From: an uncultured virus (IMG/VR IMGVR_UViG_3300051212_001283)
Lineage: Duplodnaviria; Heunggongvirae; Uroviricota; Caudoviricetes
Virus record (IMG/VR): IMGVR_UViG_3300051212_001283
DNA: 20,000 bases
Reading direction: 5' to 3' (one strand)
Part shown: positions 15,581 through 20,000 of the stretch, piece by piece
Numbering within the stretch: the stretch's first letter is position 1
How the letters are laid out: each line of letters opens with the position of its first letter
Notes under the pieces: generated by a model
What the model was told of the DNA's origin: nothing
The model's database searches: none
Seen by the model: only the letters and a program-made list of their open reading frames with translations
Translations under genes and position numbers: made by a program

Positions 15581-15642
15581 AATAAATAAATAATTCTAAT
15601 ACAGTTGCCGTAAATACTTTTTACAAAAGTAGTAAGTAAATA
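15581..15642 (+). promoter_or_regulatory. Cluster of late-promoter-like TAAATA motifs
   Basis: AATAAATA at 15581 and 15585, GTAAATA at 15610 and 15636; small hairpin TACTTTT/AAAAGTA. Confidence 0.55.
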
Positions 15643-16977
15643 ATGAAAAAATTTAACCAATTCATAACCGAAGCAACCTCTGCCTCAGTTCAAGCAAAAC
15701 GACTTGGACTTGTTGGTGATGGGCATGGGGGATGGTATAATAGGGCCACTGGTGAATTTGAGGCAAAGACCGTGGGTGGTCAATTAAAGTATTTCAACAA
15801 GCGACAGGTTATTGGTGGAAAGGATCCAAAGCAAAATGAGTTTGAAAAGAATATTCCTTTGGGATCTTCATATCCAGAACAACCTGCTCCACAACAACAA
15901 GCACCTGTAGAGCAACAATCGCAAGATGTAGCGCAACAAGAAATTCCTCAAGAAGAACCAGTAGCAACTCCACCAGATGTTCCTAAAACAAAAGGAACTC
16001 TTACAATTGCTTTTGGTCGCTTTAATCCTCCAACAGTTGGACATCAACAATTGATGGATACTGCTGCAATGTCAGCAATGGAAGATGGTGGAGACTATAT
16101 TATTGTTCCTTCACGCAGTCAGGATAAAAAGAAAAACCCATTAGATCCTGATAGTAAAATATCATTCATGAGAAAGATGTTTCCAGATCATAGTGAAAGA
16201 ATTGTGAATGATCCAAACTTTAGAACTATTTTTGATGTTCTCAAAAAAGCACACAATGATGGGTATACTAATGTAAGAATTGTTGGCGGTGCAGATCGTG
16301 TCAAAGAATTTGAAAGATTATCAAATGATTATAATGGACAACTATATCAATTTGATGTAATTGATGTTGTGTCTTCTGGTGATAGAGATCCTGATAGTAA
16401 TAAAGGTGTAGAAGGTGTATCTGCATCAAGACTTAGACTTGCTGCAGCTGAGGGAGATTTTATGACTTTCCGTTCGGCACTTCCTCAAGGGGTAAAAAAT
16501 AAAGAGGCGCTTCAACTATTTGATCTTGTTCGTCAAGGGATGGGTATTCAAGAAATACAGCAAGAAGGATATAATACTTGGGAAATTGCTCCAAAATTTG
16601 ATCTACAATCTCTACGTGAAAATTATATTGATAAAAATATTTTTAAAGTTGGAACTTTTGTTGAAAATTTAAATACTGGATTGAATGGTAAAATTATTCG
16701 TAGAGGAACCAACTATTTAATTTGTGTAACTGAAAATGGAATGATGTTTAAATCTTGGATTAAAGATGTAAAAGAATCTTATTCTGAAAAACATATGGAT
16801 AGAATGATGCGACTTCCGGGAAAACCTAATACTTTGGTAGGAACTTTGGGTGCTTTTATATACGCATCAAAAATGACACCAGGTGCTATTGGAACTGGTT
16901 CTGAAAATCTTCAAGTTGGTGGAAAACCTTATGGTATTAATTTGATAAATAAAAATAGGAAAAAAGTAAAACATTAA
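15643..16977 (+). CDS. HxGH-superfamily nucleotidyltransferase (cytidylyltransferase-like) multidomain protein
   Basis: FGRFNPPTVGH, KKNPL, VGGADR, SASRLR (KMSKS-equivalent); Q/P-rich linker; extra N- and C-terminal domains. Confidence 0.85.
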   Translation: MKKFNQFITEATSASVQAKRLGLVGDGHGGWYNRATGEFEAKTVGGQLKYFNKRQVIGGKDPKQNEFEKNIPLGSSYPEQPAPQQQAPVEQQSQDVAQQEIPQEEPVATPPDVPKTKGTLTIAFGRFNPPTVGHQQLMDTAAMSAMEDGGDYIIVPSRSQDKKKNPLDPDSKISFMRKMFPDHSERIVNDPNFRTIFDVLKKAHNDGYTNVRIVGGADRVKEFERLSNDYNGQLYQFDVIDVVSSGDRDPDSNKGVEGVSASRLRLAAAEGDFMTFRSALPQGVKNKEALQLFDLVRQGMGIQEIQQEGYNTWEIAPKFDLQSLRENYIDKNIFKVGTFVENLNTGLNGKIIRRGTNYLICVTENGMMFKSWIKDVKESYSEKHMDRMMRLPGKPNTLVGTLGAFIYASKMTPGAIGTGSENLQVGGKPYGINLINKNRKKVKH

Positions 16978-16986
16978 ATTCTTCTC

Positions 16987-18720
16987 ATGAAAAAGCATAT
17001 TGCTGAGGATCTTCCCGCAAGAAAGCACCCACAGGCACAAATGTCTGCACAATCAAAAGCACCAGAAAGATCTGAAAGAAAGTCTGGTGGGGATGATGAT
17101 AAGGGTGAAAAGACTCCTGAACAAAGAATCAGACAAGCGGTTTATGATATTCGTTATCGTGCAAGAAGAGAAAATGTCCCTCTTCGTACAGCATATTCTC
17201 AGTATATGCAAAATAGTTCAATGGGAGAATCTGAAAAGTCAGTAGTAAGACAAAAACTTTTTGGTAAAGAAGGTGGTGGAATGCAAGCAGAAGACTTTAC
17301 TAATTACATGAAAGATTCCGCTTCTAATGCAGTTTCTAAAGCATTATTTAAAGTTTTCTTGGAGAAAAAGGAAGAAATTGTTGATGTAGATCAACTTAAG
17401 TATGAATTGGGGGAAAAAGTAAATGAAACTTCTGAAAGCAAAAAATATAAAGTAAGAGTTAGAGATAGACAAAGTGGAGTTACTTATGTAAGATATGCAA
17501 CTCGTGAAAAGATTAGTCAACTAAGAGCAAAAGGTCTTGAAGTTGAAATGACGGAATATGGAACTCCATATGAAGGTGAAAGAGAAAGAGGTGAACAAAC
17601 TTCTGCTGCTTTAGGTGGTGGGAAAGCAAAAAGAGATTATGATGGTGATGGTAAAGTAGAAAGTGGTGCTAAAGAATATCGTGGTTCAGTCCATAATGCT
17701 ATTCAACGTAAAAAAGGTGGAGTTCCAGATGGTAAGGACACTTCAAGTGTAAAAGAAGGTTTTTTAGGTGAGGTGTCAGCAACTGCAAATTTGCCACAAA
17801 CTGATGCTCCTCAAAATGTAAATCCTGACACAAATTCTACTCAGATTGATTTTACTACTAAAAAAAATAAAATAGTTGTAAATCCAACTGATAATTCACA
17901 ATCAAAATTAATGTCACATCATGAAATGAAAGGTGAAGTGATTGTTGAAAATGGATACTCAAAATTTTTAAAAAAAGTTCACTCTCTCCAAGAAAAAGCA
18001 GAAAGTGAGCAACAGCAAAAACTATTTGGACTTGCCCTTTCCGTTAAAAGAGGAAAGACTTCAAGATCTGAAGTAAGTGATGAAGTTCTTAAGATTGTAG
18101 ATTCGATGAGTGAAAAGGAAATTCGTAAGTTTGCTAAAACTAAGCATGAAGGAATTCCCAAGCAAAAAGTTCAAAAAGAAGAAGCGGAGTGTGGTTCTAA
18201 AGAAGAAGATAAGGTAGATCGTCGTCCTCTTGCAACTGCAATTAATCTTGCAAAAAATAAAGTAAGAGCAATGGGCATTAAGAACCCCATTATGATGGTT
18301 ACTGCATCCGAGAATGTAAAAGAGAGTAGTTATGAGATTAATCCTTCTGCACATAGAAAATTGCAAAGGATTGAAAAAGCAACGGAACTTAGAAATAAAA
18401 CAACTGGTTCTGAATCTGGTGCTGCTAGTGATGCAATTCGTAGAATGGGTGGATCGGGAGTATCTCTCCCAGTACAAAAAGCACATTATGAACCAGAAGG
18501 TGATTTAGTTGATGAAGCAACTCGCCTTTTTTATAAATTGCAGGCAAAAGGAAAAAGAGGTTCTTCAACTGCAAGAGCGCAAGAAACTTCTGATGCTGAT
18601 CTAGAAAGGCAAAAGGGTGTTAAAGTTGCAAAACAAAAGGCAAAACAAAGACAAGAAAGAGAACCAGAAGAAGATCATCCATCATTATCTGCTCGTGAAA
18701 GAAATCCAAATTTAAGATAA
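16987..18720 (+). CDS. Large hydrophilic late protein, probable internal head protein; DxDxDG loop and DUF3008-like segment
   Basis: K/E-rich; DYDGDGKVES; KAESEQQQKLFGLALSVKRG...SMSEKEIRKFAKTKHEGIP resembles DUF3008. Confidence 0.6.
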   Translation: MKKHIAEDLPARKHPQAQMSAQSKAPERSERKSGGDDDKGEKTPEQRIRQAVYDIRYRARRENVPLRTAYSQYMQNSSMGESEKSVVRQKLFGKEGGGMQAEDFTNYMKDSASNAVSKALFKVFLEKKEEIVDVDQLKYELGEKVNETSESKKYKVRVRDRQSGVTYVRYATREKISQLRAKGLEVEMTEYGTPYEGERERGEQTSAALGGGKAKRDYDGDGKVESGAKEYRGSVHNAIQRKKGGVPDGKDTSSVKEGFLGEVSATANLPQTDAPQNVNPDTNSTQIDFTTKKNKIVVNPTDNSQSKLMSHHEMKGEVIVENGYSKFLKKVHSLQEKAESEQQQKLFGLALSVKRGKTSRSEVSDEVLKIVDSMSEKEIRKFAKTKHEGIPKQKVQKEEAECGSKEEDKVDRRPLATAINLAKNKVRAMGIKNPIMMVTASENVKESSYEINPSAHRKLQRIEKATELRNKTTGSESGAASDAIRRMGGSGVSLPVQKAHYEPEGDLVDEATRLFYKLQAKGKRGSSTARAQETSDADLERQKGVKVAKQKAKQRQEREPEEDHPSLSARERNPNLR

Positions 18721-18724
18721 AAAT

Positions 18725-18732
18725 CATAAATA
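18725..18732 (+). promoter_or_regulatory. T4-type late promoter
   Basis: CATAAATA upstream of SD GGAGG and ATG 18763. Confidence 0.65.
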
Positions 18733-18762
18733 ATACAGGATACTCTTCACACGGAGGACATT

Positions 18763-18948
18763 ATGACACTCGCAGCTATTGGTGCCTGGCTTGCTGCAAA
18801 CGAAGGATTGGTTGCTACCATTCTCTTTCTACTTTCAGAAGCACTTGGTGCAAATCCTAAGTTTAAATCAAATGGTATTCTTTCATTCCTTCTTCTTCAA
18901 GCTCAGGCACATCTGAAGAAAAAAGGAGCAAAAGATTTAACTCCTTGA
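18763..18948 (+). CDS. Small hydrophobic (membrane) protein
   Basis: Strong SD GGAGG; hydrophobic GLVATILFLLSEALG and NGILSFLLL segments; basic C-terminus. Confidence 0.75.
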   Translation: MTLAAIGAWLAANEGLVATILFLLSEALGANPKFKSNGILSFLLLQAQAHLKKKGAKDLTP

Positions 18949-18969
18949 GTTAAATTAAAATAACTTTAT

Positions 18970-18999
18970 GGAGACTTTTTTATAAGGTCTCCTTTTTTT
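18970..18999 (+). terminator. Rho-independent terminator
   Basis: GGAGAC (18970-18975)/GTCTCC (18987-18992) stem followed by T7. Confidence 0.8.
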
Positions 19000-19006
19000 A
19001 TAAATA
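18999..19006 (+). promoter_or_regulatory. Consensus T4 late promoter
   Basis: TATAAATA directly after terminator, upstream of SD AAGGA and ATG 19038. Confidence 0.85.
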
Positions 19007-19037
19007 TCTGTATACAAAGAATTATAGGTAAGGAAAC

Positions 19038-19604
19038 ATGGCTCTTTGGGGCAATAAAGATTCTTTTAGCACGGGTCTTACAGGAACTATAACAATCAAT
19101 CTTGCTACCGAAACAGTAACTGGTAGTGGAACGACTTTCGTAACTGCTGGAATTTCAACAGGCGATATTCTTGTAATTGGTGTTGGTGCTACATATGGAC
19201 AAGCAGTTATTAGCGGAGTAACTTCTGCTACTCAACTATCAATCGGATCTACACAATTCATTACTGGAATTGGTACTGTTGGATTTGGTGCAACAGTTGG
19301 AGTTGCTTACACAGTAACTCAGAAACCAAAGTATACTCTTGAAGATGGTCAGTATGGCGCTCCTGACGTAAAATCAAACAGATTCTCTGCTGTCTTTGGT
19401 GTAGATACAACTGAAGCAGGTGTTGCTGCTGGAACAACTGTTGGTGGTAAGAATGCTGCTTACGCAGTAGCACATGCTGGTTGGGTAGGTGTTACTACAT
19501 ACGTTGATAATCATGGAAACTTTAGAGTTAAGTCAGAAACTCTTGTTGCCGGAAGTATGATTACAAGTGATGCAGAAGACGACTCAAGATTCCCAGATGC
19601 CTGA
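19038..19604 (+). CDS. Probable virion structural protein
   Basis: MALWG start, G/T/V-rich beta composition, HAGWV...G..RVKSETLVA..S motif seen in T4-like cyanophage structural proteins; late promoter. Confidence 0.7.
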   Translation: MALWGNKDSFSTGLTGTITINLATETVTGSGTTFVTAGISTGDILVIGVGATYGQAVISGVTSATQLSIGSTQFITGIGTVGFGATVGVAYTVTQKPKYTLEDGQYGAPDVKSNRFSAVFGVDTTEAGVAAGTTVGGKNAAYAVAHAGWVGVTTYVDNHGNFRVKSETLVAGSMITSDAEDDSRFPDA

Positions 19605-19613
19605 TAATATGGT

Positions 19614-19985
19614 ATGAAATTTGATGAATTGAATGAAGATAACTATTTGTTATTCGCTATAAAATTTTATGATAATCCTCAAGCAGTTACAATGGAGGAT
19701 TTTGAATCTGATTTGAAGAGAATACGATATGTTAAAAGATTGTTAAAAAGATATAAAAATACAGGTGACCTTAAAATTCACCTTATTTTAAATCATATTA
19801 TAATACTTTTTAATGTTTTCAATGATGCCACAGTTCCTTTATTATTTTATAATTTGGATAAAGATCTGTGGTCTTCATTGAAAAGTTTTTTATTATTTTT
19901 AAATAGATTTCCAGAATACCCAAAAACTCAAATGCATAATGTTAAAGAAGATGAAGAGTGTCTAAAACAATTACAAGCAATCTGA
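19614..19985 (+). CDS. Conserved T4-like phage hypothetical protein
   Basis: F.ELNEDNYLLFAIK.YDNP...EDF..DLKR..Y.KRLL.RY...G.L..HLILNH.I.L.NVF pattern. Confidence 0.75.
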   Translation: MKFDELNEDNYLLFAIKFYDNPQAVTMEDFESDLKRIRYVKRLLKRYKNTGDLKIHLILNHIIILFNVFNDATVPLLFYNLDKDLWSSLKSFLLFLNRFPEYPKTQMHNVKEDEECLKQLQAI

Positions 19986-20000
19986 TGAATAAGTTAGATA
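19985..20000 (+). CDS. Possible start of next ORF, truncated by window end
   Basis: TGATG overlap, MNKLD... Confidence 0.35.

Noticed and set aside
269..19473. Minus-strand ORFs and alternative-frame plus ORFs in the track (e.g. 297-761, 9886-10413, 12671-13132, 18061-18486)
   Set aside because: They overlap well-supported + strand genes, have no recognisable motifs, and are typical shadow frames.

Overview
Replication-module segment of a T4-like cyanobacterial myovirus (Kyanoviridae-type); all credible genes lie on the + strand. Core order: gp45 clamp, gp44 and gp62 clamp loader (separated by three genes, including a DUF4338/DruA-like protein), regA, hsp20, two small conserved genes, gp43 polymerase, uvsX, a 2OG-Fe(II) oxygenase, gp41 helicase, mazG, tRNA-Ala(UGC), tRNA-Leu(UAG), then late genes (HxGH nucleotidyltransferase, large internal-protein-like ORF, virion-type proteins). 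Three free-standing homing-endonuclease-like genes (two GIY-YIG, one HNH-like) are present. Most interesting signals: (1) a ROSE-type RNA thermometer motif (UCGCU with bulged G against the Shine-Dalgarno) before hsp20; (2) each endonuclease has a late promoter overlapping the 5' arm of a hairpin that covers or encloses its start codon; (3) two endonuclease ORFs end in a sigma70 promoter for the next gene, one with a duplicated hairpin arm; (4) gp44 looks mosaic next to an endonuclease; (5) T4 capsid-targeting-like N-termini on a nucleotidyltransferase and on an unannotated 59-aa ORF. Family assignments are from motif recognition only; no searches were run.
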